From positions 1,426,001 through 1,490,000 of the forward strand of contig NC_043022.1 of NCBI RefSeq assembly GCF_006345805.1: a stretch of DNA of 64,000 nt, given 5' to 3'. The translations under genes were made by a program, and so were the position numbers. The stretch comes from Octopus sinensis. Its lineage: Eukaryota. The notes beneath the pieces are model-generated. The model was given only the letters and a program-made list of their open reading frames with translations, searched no databases and was not told the DNA's origin. This document shows positions 49,620 through 62,644 of the stretch, piece after piece; position 1 is the first letter of the stretch; every line of letters begins with the position of its first letter.

Positions 49620-50808
49620 AGAGTCTTATGCACACTCACTCATACACATGCATATATATACACAAATCTACAAAGTAATCGGATATCTCATTTAACACTC
49701 ACACGTGGTGTGTACTTACAGGTACGCATTCATAAATTCTTGCATGCACATTTGTTTTTCTTTTAAACCTGTCACAAAGTTTCAAACTCTCTGTGTGTGT
49801 GTGTATATTATATATCATTTAATATACACTATTAAAATAAGAGCTGCTAATAGCTTCTTGTCGTTAAGACACTTGTCACATGGTTTGGTTTTCAACTAGA
49901 ATAAACCATGTGCACTGAGCCTGAAGATTGCTTGGAGACACAAGGCGTGTTATATAAATATGTAATCTCAACGTCTCAATGGCAAGAAACTGTTATTAAC
50001 TCTTATTTTAAATACCGCATAGATTAAATGATATCTCTCACTGGAAGGGGTACAATTTTTGTTTTTCCTACCTTAATGGGACGGTAAACAACATGTATAT
50101 GTATGATCAGCTTTTGCATCGGCTAAACACCTCTTTACGTTAGATCTGTGCAACAGTTGCAGCTCTTCAAACCTTGTCCTTCCTTTTCACTTCCTGTCTT
50201 TCACACACACATACACACACACACACACGGATTGATGGCATTGTCAAATCAAACCCAATACCTGTTGGCCCTGGGGCCATCTTCAACATCCAAATCCACA
50301 GCTACAGAGTTTCCTTGGCACATCACAAGGAGGCTCTACCATTGCTTTTGGCTGGAGTTCAATTTCTTGTTATTTTGCTTCCCTTCCTTCAGGAATTATT
50401 TGATGTGGTATCTTTTTACAGCTCGGTGGACTGAGACACTTTGAGAGTTAATTGCCATCGGGATTGATTGATTGACTCAAAACAATGCAGTGCTGTGGCC
50501 AGAACTTGAACCTTGGACCCCTCGACTGGATGTCAGCTTTTCTATCTTCTTAAGCCATTCACACCCTCAAACCAACTGACATACTTTCTCTCCACCAAAT
50601 TTCTCACAAAGCATCAGTTGACCATCACTCTCTATTTTGAATATGTGTGTGTGTGTGTATCTATCTATCTATCTATCTATGCCTTTCATCCTTTCGGGGT
50701 CGATAAATTAAGTACCAGTTACGCACTGGGGTCGATGGAATCGACTTAATCCCTTTGTCCTTGTTTGTCCCCTCTGTGTTTAGCCCCTTGTGGGTAGTAA
50801 AGAAATAG

Positions 50809-50842
<34 letters not shown>

Positions 50843-53800
50843 ATATATATATATATATAGGTGTAGATGTGGCTGTGTGGTAAGAAGCTTGCTTCCCAAC
50901 CACACATGGTTGTGGGTTCAGTCCAACTGTGTGACACCTTGGGCAAGTGTCTTTTACCATAGCCTCAGGCCAACCAAAGCCTTGCAAGTGTTAGACGTAA
51001 ACTGAAAGAAGCCCGACATGTATATTGTGTGTGTATGCATAGGTATATATATGCATATATATTGTGTTTGTATGTATGCATGCATATGTGTATGTTTGTG
51101 TATATATGTGTGTATATAAATATATATACATACATATTTTCTAATTAGAATCTCCTACAGCTCAACAGTGTTCAATGTTAAGTGTGTTTGTGTGTGTATG
51201 TGTATATATATATATATACATACATATGTGTGTATATGTATATATATATATACACACACACACATATTTTCCCATTTCAAAAGTATTACAGCTCAACAAC
51301 AACCTCCAATGTGAAGTGTATATGAATGTATGTATAAACATACAACATACATTTTCCAATTACAAACTCAGCAACAATTTCTTATGGTTTGTGGTGTATA
51401 TATGTGTGGTGTATATATATGTGTGGTGTATATAAGCATATACACACACCCATTCTAAAACTCCAACAGTTCAACAACAATCTTCAATCTGAACTGTGTG
51501 TGCATACATACGCATGCAAGTGTATATAAACATATACACACTCACACTTTTTAATTAGAAATATTCATCAGCTTAACAACCTCCAATGTAAAGTGCATGT
51601 GTACATATGCTCTGTCCAACCCATGCCAGCATGAAAAACGGACGTTAAAGGATGATTATATGTATGTATGTATGTGTGTGTGTGTGTGTGTATACATATA
51701 TATATGCACACACACATTTTCTAATGAAGTGTTCTGACATCTGAACACCACCACCAATCTCTGTTATGTTCTGTTCTGTGGTGGTTGGCTGTTCTGGAAT
51801 GTATGTTTTGTTTATTGTTCAAATTGCAATGAATTGAGAATCATGGTGACATTTCTAAAAAAAAAAAAGAAAAGAAAAGAACCATAAAACCAAAAGACAA
51901 AAACAGAAACCAAACAACGCAATATATAACATGTAAACCTGTCAATGTCTGTAACATTACGTCAGTGGGTGGGGTGGGGGGGAGGTGTTTGCTTGACCTA
52001 GAAATAATAGTGAAATGTCCCTCAAATTATAACCCCTTTCACTTCATGATTTGAAGGACAACATTTGATAATGTTGTCTTTGGTACTTTTGAAGAGGCAG
52101 GGTGTTCATGACTAGATTGCCTTTGGTCATGGGTTCACCTGGTCAGGGCTGACCAAGGGTTAAACGATGCAGACATCAAGCATGGTGCCCATGTGATCGA
52201 TCAGTTTTAGCTGTGAGATAAATTTCTCTTCCAGACCTTGTCACATCTTCTGTTAGAGGTTTGTTCTCTTTACGTCTAGGAAGCAGACATGGAACATGGA
52301 AGAGTCCCCTGGCCCGTCTATTCCTGTCAAACCGTCCAACCCATGCCAGCATGGAAGCAGAGGACATTAAACGATGATGGGGGTGAAGCACCACAGGGAT
52401 ATAAATCACTTCCTGTCCTTCACTGTGTGAATGCCCATAGCTCAGTGGTTAGAGTATCAGGCTCACAACCATGAGGTTGTGAGTTCAATTCTTGGATGAG
52501 GCTGTATTGCGTTCTTGAGCAAGACACTTTATTTCACATTGTAGAAATGAGTTGTGACGTCATTGGTGCCAAGCTGTATCAGCCCCTTTGCTTTTCCCTT
52601 GGATAACACTGGTGGCGTGAAGAGGAGAGGCTGGTATGGATGGGTGACTGCTGGTCTTCCATAAACAACCTTGCTTGGACTTGTGCCTGAGAGGGGGGAT
52701 TTCTAGGTGCAATCCCATGTTCATTCATGACTGGAAGGGGGTCTTTCCTCCTGTACTTTACCAGTTCTGTATTTTATGGACCTTCCCCACTACATGTATG
52801 AAAGGGAAAATTAATTGTGATGGGATGTAAAGAATTTGAACTCAGAGTATAAAGAATTAAATCTCTAAACACTGCAGGCATCTTATCTGCCTCTCTAATG
52901 ATTCTACCACCAGAGGCAGAAGTTCTTACGAAAGAACTACTCTTTTATATGAATAATGGAAGCTTTGTCTGTGAAATCTTTGGTGGAGGGTGATGGAGCC
53001 AAGCAATTGTTTTACTGTTGTTTCTTTTGAGAAAATGCCAAAAATTCTCTGCTGAGATTATTAACAAGGGTCAGTTGTGGTCAGCCTGTGATATTGTTGT
53101 CTCTAAGATGATGACCAGTCACTAATTCTTCTCTGTTGAGTTTGTAGTGGTCAACTGAAGTCAGCAATGAAATGGAGATATTTTGAGACTAAATCACTTC
53201 AATTCATTTCTGGCCATATTTTAGTTGAAATTGGTTTCAATTAATTTTGAAAATAATGGAGAATTTAGAAAAATTACTTTGTCATCGTTAAACTAATATT
53301 TATGACATGAAATTTTGAAGGTTTCGATTTAGATCACTTTAACCCTTTTGTTACCATACTTCTGTTGAAATACGCTACCTTCATTTCAGTTATTTTTAGG
53401 GGAAAAAAATAAGGAAGGATGTAGTAAAATTACTTCGTCGTTAATTAAACTGTTGTTTCGAACACATGAAATTTTTTAATGGAATGTTTTAATTTAGATC
53501 ACCTTAAGAGAGATATGTGTAACATCCCAGGGTTGACCTAAGGTAGGCTGGTATCAAAAGGGGTAAAAATGGAAAGGAAAATAACCAGAAAGGTGGTGGA
53601 AGAATAGACTGTTGTAGACATTGACAGACGAAAACCAGCTTCTGTTGCGTATCTCAAGGTGTTTCTTCAATCCGTTCTGGACTTTCAAGTAGTGCTCATA
53701 GCTCGTATTCTGACCGTACACTGTCAGTGATATAAAACTGGATAAATTCAATAAAATTGGGGTATTTATTCATGGTTATTTCAATCAAGTGAGGTTTGTG

Positions 53801-54962
53801 TGATTATTTTTTCTGAAGTTCTTTCGCAGTTTATTTTTTCCAACCTCTCAACACCACCGTCTCACTTTCCCATCTTTTTTTATATTCCTTAGCAGCATTG
53901 ATGGTGGATAAATATATATATAATAACCTAATGAAGTTACAATACAGAAAACCGTTTAATTTCGCAATCGTAACCCCAATTGGTGAGCGGGTGTTCTATG
54001 AAGTTTCATCGTTTGTCTGTGGACAACTGGAGGCTTTTGACGAGGCCTAGTATCAGGGGAGGTAAGTGCGCACAAGAGAACGGTTTAGTGAAGTTGATTT
54101 ATTTCCCTTCGGTGACGAAGAAGCACTGAAGTCTTTTCATGATGGGAAAACTGTTTGTCTGGATGCGGAATAGGGATCATCGTCGGGTGGAGTGAGGGAC
54201 ATGACACTACGAAGAGGAGAAGAAGGAAGTTCGAGTATGTTTGTCTTGCACAAGTGGTAAATGGTGGAAATCAACAATCTAGTGTTAAAATGGTTGTATG
54301 TCGTTTGTGTAAGAGAGAAACCACAAGTTAACAACTAACTAGGTTAGTTTATGATAAAGATACAGTAGGATTTTACAGATGTGTGTGTGTGTGTATATAT
54401 ATTTATATATATACACACACACACACATACCTATATATATATATATATACACACACACACATACCTATATATATACACACACACACATACCTATATATAT
54501 ATACATACATACGTGTGTATGTTTGTGACGGTACTTGGCCTAGTGGTTAGGATGTTGCACTCACAATCGCGAGATCGTGGGTTCGATTCTTGGACCAGGT
54601 GATCTGTTGTATTCTTGAGCGAAACACTTCATTTCATGCTGTTCCATTCCCCTCACCTGTAAATGAGTAAACCTGTGGCGGAATAGTCTTCCAACCAGAG
54701 GAGAATATTGGCCAGCTCACCTAGCCAGCAGGGTGGCATCACACGAAAGCTAAAACAATGCAAAGCACATTGTGACCAGCGATGTATAACAACAGCTAAC
54801 AGCCAGATCAATACTGCGATTATATATGTGTGTGTGTATATATATATATATATATCAATATATATATATATCATTGTTTTTATGTTTAGTTATAATAACA
54901 ATTTTACGTTAATCTGATGGGTTACTCTATACTTTTGTAGAATACAGATTTATCATTCTTAA

Positions 54963-55078
54963 ACAACAATGTTGTTGATAGTGACTTCGAAGTTTCGGCC
55001 AGCTACGCCATTGTCAAACTGTTGACAATTTTTTAGGTAGCTGAAACTTCAAAGTCACTATCAACAACATTGTTATTT
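54963..55078. repeat. Inverted-repeat element with a degenerate hammerhead-like motif (Penelope-like end)
   Basis: Arms 'aacaatgttgttgatagtgacttcgaagtttc' and 'gaaacttcaaagtcactatcaacaacattgtt' are reverse complements. Confidence 0.7.
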
Positions 55079-55080
55079 AA

Positions 55081-55300
55081 CCCTTTAGCATTCAGATTAC
55101 CCTGTCAAATGTAAAGCCCATTTAATCACATTGTTTTAAATTAATTGTGCAGCATCTTGTAACTCTGAGATTTTGATGATGTCCCTGTTTATTTTTAGAA
55201 TGACTTTGTAGGGTAGGTGTGAGAAGTCAGAGCTGGCTGGTTTGAGCATATAACAGGAAGACAATTTTGGCCTGATATGGCCGGTTTAAACACTAAAGGG
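55081..55300. mobile_element. piggyBac-like MITE, TTAA-CCCTTTAG...CTAAAGGG-TTAA. Related copies 32432-32654 and 46323-46522
   Basis: TTAA at 55077-55080 and 55301-55304; CCC/GGG termini. Confidence 0.75.
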
Positions 55301-55659
55301 TTAAAGAACAGTAAATATACGTTCGAATATGATGCATAAAACATCAATATATATATATACATATCCAGAGTAATTAAGAGATCTATTAATTAATAGGTTG
55401 TTAAAATTCCAACATTGCAGCAAATTCATTAGAGATATATCTGAGAAATTCACCAGTTCCAACAATGTAAAATTATGGGAAAGAATTTGGAGTTGATTAA
55501 TGAATTGTCCGAAACAGTTTGCAAATTTCTTTCTTTTTTTTCTTTTTTTCTTTTTTTGTTAATTTGTTGTGCATGAAAAGAGTTGGTTCATTGATTCATT
55601 GAGACGAGAGTTTGTCTTTTTTCAACAAAAAAGAAAAAGGCCTGTATATATATGTATAT

Positions 55660-55700
<41 letters not shown>

Positions 55701-58700
55701 CATGTTGGTCTTCCTGTGTGTATCCAATGTGTGAGTGTGTGTGTCTGTACATATAACGTATGTGTGTGTGTGTGTGTGTATGGGTATGTACATAGGTGTA
55801 GTATATATTCCTATTTATGTCTGTTAAATCTTTTTTCGCTGTTGATTGTTGCCACATACATAGCTTTTGTTTGTTTTTGTTGGATTTTTTAATTTTGTTT
55901 TTGTTTCTTGGGTTCACTAGAATAACAAATGCTTGTCTAGACAACTAATGTTCACAACTGATGATGATGATAATGTTGATGATGATGATGATGATGCTAA
56001 ATTTTGTTGACCTGTAATAATAATGACAGAAATTAAAACAGATCAGAACTCACTGATCCCTCTTTATTTAGTTTTTTTTTTCTTTCTTTCTCTCTGTTTC
56101 AAAATTTACCATTTCAAGTTGTGCATTATGTAGACCTGTGGTTCTCACCCCCCCCCCCCGTGTAGTCCTTTGGTTCTTATTTTATCCTGCTGACCCTTCT
56201 TAGCCGTTCAATGTATATAAAGAAATCCTATCATATTTTTATAATCCAAATATTATTAGGAATTATATAAAAGCAATTATTAAAATAGCTTGTGTATTGT
56301 AGAAGTATAGAAGTATAACCTATTTATTGCTCATAAATTTTAACAACAAAGTCTTTTGTGGACCCTTAAAGGCTATATGGATCCTTGTTGAGAAACACTG
56401 TTATAAAACATAGCATATTCCATATTCAGGGATTAGGGATTATAAAATACAGAATACTCATTAATCGGGGATTAAGGATTATAAGGTATTAAAAAGGGGT
56501 GAAGACCCCTCTTTGGTCATGAATGGCCATGGATTGCACTGAGAAAGTTCCCCTTTGAGGTACAAGTCTGGGCAAGATCGTTTATGGAAGACCAGCAGTT
56601 GTCCATGCATACCAGCCTCCTCTCTCCATGCCACTGATGGTATCCAAGAGAATAGTGACGTCACAACTTAATTCTACAGCTGAGTGAGCTGGAGCAACGT
56701 GAAACGAAGTGTCTTGCTCATAAACACAACATATAGCCTAGCCCGGCAATCGAACTCACAACCTCATGATTGTGAGCCTGACACTCTAACAACTAAGCCA
56801 TGTGCCTTATTCCTTAATCAAGCGGTTAAGTTATAAAGCAGTGGTTCTTATCCAATTGTTTTTTTTATCTATGGACCCCTTTTGTTCCTATTTCCCCCCT
56901 ACTGGACCTCCATAGCCATTCGATGTATATTAAAGAAATACTACTGTATTAAATATAAGAAATTGTATTTAGAAAATTTCAATATTTTGTATAATGTAGA
57001 AATATAAGCTATTCATTGCAGATAAATCTTAGCAATAAAATCTCATGTGAGCCCCGCAAGGGCCATGTGGACCCTAGTTGAGAACCACTGATCTAATGTA
57101 TAGAATACTCCGTAATCAAGGATTAGGGATTATAAAATACAGAATACCTATTAATCAGGGATTAGGTTTATACAGTATAGAATATTCCTTAATCAAGGGA
57201 TTAGGGATTATAAAGCAGTGATTCTCAACCCCTTTTTGCCTATGGTTCCTCTTTAATTCCTATTTTACTCTACTGGACCCTCTTAGCCATTTGATGTATA
57301 TGATTAAAAATCCTATTTATTATAATTAAATATTATTAGTAATTACATTTTAAAAAGAATCATTAAAATATTTTGTGTATTGGAGAAGTTTAACCAATTT
57401 ATTGCACTACTCTTTCTCTCTCTTTTACTCTTTTACTTGTTTCAGTCATTTGACTGCGGCCATGCTGGAGCACCGCCTTTAGTCGAGCAAATCGACCCCG
57501 GGACTTATTCTTTGTAAGCCCAGTACTTATTCTATCGGTCTCTTTTGCCAAACCGCTAAGTTACGGAGACGTAAACACACCAGCATCGGTTGTCAAGCAA
57601 TGCTAGGACAAACACAGACACACAAACATATACACACACATATATATATACGACAGGCTTCTTTCAGTTTCCGTCTACCAAATCCACTCACAAGGCTTTG
57701 GTCGGCCCGGGGCTATAGCAGAAGACACTAGCCCAAGATGCCACGCAGTGGGACTGAACCCAGAACCATGTGGTTGGTTAGCAAGCTACTTAACACACAG
57801 CCACTCCTGCACATAAATTTTTAAGCAACAAAATCTTCTAGGGACCCCCTTATGCCAAGGGTCAAATGGACCCTGGTTGAGAACCACTGGTCAAGAGTGT
57901 CTTCAGTTCCTGGAGATTAAAGTTTAGCAGTTGTGTGTTCAAGGGTAATATTGCTACAAATGGACCCTCAATTTTCAGGGAACTGAATAAAGACAGTCAT
58001 GTCTGTCTCTACCTTCTTCCTTTCCAACTCCTACAGTCACCAGAAATTCAACCAGACCCCAATGTGAGCATTGTAGATCCAAAAGGCTGACTTTAACGGA
58101 CAGACCTTTACCATGGGAAAGACAGACCCTCAATGTGGTCTGCAATGAAGGGGCATTTTTCACAAGAATTGGACCCAGTACAGCTAATGAACCAATCACT
58201 TGTTAGTTGTACAATGTTAACAAGCCACTGATGTCTAGGAGCCAATGTCTATATGGTTATTTGATCCACTAGAAATAGCAGCCAAGTTGTTTTCAAATCA
58301 CTTCCTATTGTTCGTTCGTTCGACGGATGCTTGCTTACCAACAACATGGTTCTGGGTTCAGTCCCACAGCATGGCACCTTGGGCAAGTGTCTTCTGCTAT
58401 AGCCTTGGACCGACCAAAGTCTTTGTGAGTGGATTTGGTAGATGGAAACTGAAAGAAGCCTGTCGTGTATATGTATATATATGTGTTTGTGTGTCTGTGT
58501 TTGTCCCCCCAACATTGCTTGACAACCGATGCTGGTGTGTTTACATCCCTGTAACTTAGCAGTTCGGCAAACAGACCGATAGAATAAGTACTAGGCTTAA
58601 AAAGAATAAGTCCTGGGGTCGATTTGCTCAACTAAAGGCAGTACTCCAGCATGGCCACAGTCAAATGACTGAAACAAGTAAAAGAGTAAGAGAGAGTAAA

Positions 58701-59369
58701 GAGTATTGTCTTAAATAAGACAGAAACCCATTATCTAATGCATTAGGGTCATTATGGCTGAAAGGTTTTTTATCATAAATCAGCTTGATCAAGGGTCAAA
58801 CAGCCGACATCCAACAAGATCAATGAGACGTCATTAAGAGACAGGTCTTAGCTACAGATCGGCTTCAGTAGAGCAGGAGGGGTTCCAGGAACACCAGTTG
58901 GCATGGGTGTGGCCGATGCCAGTGTCGCTTGGCTGGCTTCTGTGCCAGTGGCATGTCAAAACACCTACAACATTCTCAGAGTGGTTGGCGTTAAGAAGGG
59001 CATCCATCTGTAGAAACCTTGGCAAATCAGATTGGAACCTGGTGCAGCCTCTCGGCTTGCTAGTCCACAGTCAAACCGTCCAACCCATGCCAGCATGGAA
59101 AGTGGACATTAAATAATGATGATGATGATATATATACATATACCAGAACGCCATGTTGGATCGTTAGCCCCTACACGCAATTTTTTTCTCTCCTTGTTTC
59201 TGTGTTTCTTTTCGGTGTATCTTTCTGTTGAAGAGTGTAGGCTCGAAATGTAAAAGACTTGTTTTATTTTTATTCCTGAGCGCCATACTAATACAATTGT
59301 TTGTTTGTACTCCACCTGCCTTCGTCTTTTGTTTATTTTCATAAACCTTCCCGTTATATATATATATAT

Positions 59370-59401
<32 letters not shown>

Positions 59402-62400
59402 ACACGTGGATAATGAAGAGAAAACTGGAGATTATTCACATCCAAATGTTTCTTTATTTAAAAGTTTTCTACACCACATACATCTTATGACCTACATGTG
59501 TTTCATTGTGGACAGCTGGCATCTAAACCAATTATCCGTCAAATATCTGAAAGACCACAATAAACAATAAATTAATTTAGATTGTTTGATATATATCGAC
59601 CGCAGTGCGTAACTGGTACTTATTTAATCGACCTTGAAAAGATGAAAAGCAAAGTTGACCTCGGCGGAATTTGAACTCAGAACGTAGCAGTTGACGAAAT
59701 ACCTATTTCTTTACTACCCACAGAGAGGACAAGAGGACAAGCAAGGACAGACAAACGGATTTGGTAGTTAATTTATCGACCCTGAAAGGATGAAAGGCAA
59801 AGTCGATCTCGGCTGAATTTGAACTCAGAACGTAACGGCAGACGAAATACGGCTACGCATTTCGCCCGGCATGCTAACGTTTCTGCCAGCTCGCCGCCAT
59901 TATGTACATATATATTATCGCCATTTTCATAACATTAAATTATTATACTTTATCATTTGAATAAAATAATTTTTGTTTTATTCAAATAAAAGTAGCCAAA
60001 CTTATTCCTAAAAATATAGGTATACGTTTTGTGATTTTCGAAACAGTTGAACTGGTTCTACCATAAATAAATTTCACAACTGTTGAAATACACTCTTTAT
60101 TTCAATTAATTTCAAAAAATAATGAAGAACACTGTAAAATAATCTTGTCATTATTAGGCCAATTTGAACGAGAAATTTTAATTCCTTTAAAATAGGAAAG
60201 TTTCTATTTTAGAGTTAAGAGCGAAATAAAGGCGGGTTATTGTCAGGATTTCAAAGAGAGATAACTCAGAGAAAACTATTTTGTAAGGGAGCTAACTCTC
60301 TTTTAAAATAGTTTTGTCTCGTGTTTTGTGGACGGCGAGGAATCAATAATTCTTTTTAATATTGGCTATACTAAAGTTTGATCCTATCACAAAGTTTGGA
60401 ATTTGAAGGAAAGATGTTAATCGACTCCAGTACTTGACTACTACATTATTTTATCGACCTTAAGTGTTACTCAACCGTCTTAAAAAATAGGAAAGACACA
60501 AGAAGCTCTAAACAGACGTTTCCAGGAGAGAAAAAGATGGTTCGGTGGTCGTCGAAACCCTTTTGGTGTTGGGTCTGTCCAGTGGAAGATGATTCATTGC
60601 TAGACAAACCCACCGTTATCAACAACAAGCATCCATGAGGTTGTTCAGTCATGCTAGAAATAGTAGCTCGAGCCTTTAAGAACTCTACGGCTGCCCATTC
60701 GCAGGTGAGGACGACCAGGTAAGACGATCCATGCTTTTACTAATTGTTTTAAATAACTGTGTAGTCCAAGGTAGATATGGACACTCTCTGCCTTTCCACC
60801 CTCGACCCATAAAGACATTGAGGTTGTGAGAGCTGGAGGGAGAGAGGGCTACACCAATACACAGCTGGTACTTATTGCCAGAGCAATGGGAAATGAAGGG
60901 CCTTTCTCGAGGACACAGTATACTGTTCGTCTAGGAATCGAACTTATAACCTTCTCATCCTGAGCTCAACACCTTAACCACGAGGTCAGGTACCTTCAGT
61001 GTCTTTAACAAAACGCATTAAATAAATACAATTCTGAATATACTTAAGTTTGAATAAAAGTCAGGATGGTCATAGCTGGAATGTCTTTGATCAAAAAGAT
61101 AAAAGGCTAAGTCAACCTCAGCAACATTTAATCTGTTGTCCCGCAGTTTCGACCATCACAGCACTTCGTACTTAGTAGTATGTTTATAAGCCATTAAGGG
61201 CGGCGAACTGGCAGAATGGTTAGCTGTATTTCGTCTAATGTTACGTGTTCTGAGTTCAAATTCCGCCGAGGTCGACTTTGCCTTTCATCCTTTCGGGGTC
61301 GATTAAATAAGTACCAGTTACGCACAGGGGTCGATATAATCGCCTTAATCCCTTTGTCTGTCCTTGTTTGTCCTCTCTGTGTTTAGCCCCTTGTGGGTAG
61401 TAAAGAAATAAGTATGTTTATATGGTGCTTATTCCTCTTGTGGAGGCGCATGGCTCAGTGGTTAGAGCGTCGGGCTCGCAATCGAGAGGTTGTAAGTTTG
61501 ATTCCCAGACCAGGCTGTGCTGTGTTCTTGAGCAAAACACTTTATTTCACGTTGCTCCCATTCACTCAGCTGTAGAAATGAGTTGTGAAGTCACTGGTGC
61601 CGAGCATTATTAACCATTGCCTTTTCCTAAGATAACGTCAGTGGTATGGAGAGGTGAGGCTGGTATGCATGGGTGACCACTGGTCTTCCATGAACAACCT
61701 TGTATTCTGGAGGGGAACTTTCTAGGTGCAATCCCATGGTCATTTGTGACCAAAGGGGGTCTTTACCCTTTACCCTTTACTCCTCTTGAATCCCCCAGAT
61801 ATATCATTATGGATGGTCATAACTGGAATGTCTTTGATCAAAAAGGTAAATGGCTAAGTAAAACTCAGCAACATTTGAACATACAAAAAGCATTTAAGCT
61901 GTTGCTCAACAGTTTCCGCCATCACAGCCCTTGTATGCAGTGGTATATTTATGCGGTATTTATCCCTCCTGGGTCACACAGATCATTATCAGTTTTAGTC
62001 TCGGTTAGTCTTCTTGCGTTCAACAGACACAACCTGTTTACTCCTCCTGAGTCAGTAGATACTCCTGGTTACTAATTATAACTCTCCTTGGGGTCCATAG
62101 CCATCCCTTTTTTACTCCTCCCATGTACCACATATATATTCCTCTTTTACTCCTTATTTCTTCTCCTTGATCCCACATACTCCTTATTTACATTTTGTTA
62201 CTCATTCCTGGCCCCATAGATGCTCCTTTTTTACCACTTTACTCCTGGTTTACCAATTTCTACTCTTCTCCAGTTCCACAGATGTCCCTTTATTACTCCT
62301 TGTTACTCTCCCATCTCCCACAGATGTTCCCTTCTCACTACTGGTCTTCCATAAACAACCTTACCCGGACTTGTTTCTCAGAGGGGAACTTTCTAGGTAC

Positions 62401-62583
62401 AATCCCATGGTCGTTCATGACTGAGGGGGTTCTTTCCCCTTATACTATCTTTGCAGTATGTGTGTGTGTGTACATGAAGGTGCATGGCTCAGTCACTTTT
62501 GCTGAACTGCTAAGTTACAGGAACATAAGCACACCAACACCAGTTGTCAAGCAATTGTGAGGGACAAACAGACACACACACAA

Positions 62584-62644
<61 letters not shown>

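Noticed and set aside
53554-53751. Minus-strand 65-aa ORF as a retroelement or gene fragment
   Set aside because: I cannot recognise any motif; it would need BLASTx to support.
57091-57215. Interstitial telomere
   Set aside because: TTAGGG occurs once per ~39-bp unit, not as tandem hexamers.
57975-58199. ORFs on both strands near the strong acceptor at 58036
   Set aside because: No recognisable domain and no matching donor; two of the three plus frames close within 60 nt.
60491-60602. Neuropeptide-like frame KTQEALNRRFQERKRWFGGRRNPFG (dibasic sites, Gly-Arg-Arg)
   Set aside because: No signal peptide or start, no repeated peptide, weak acceptor and an early stop; likely chance.
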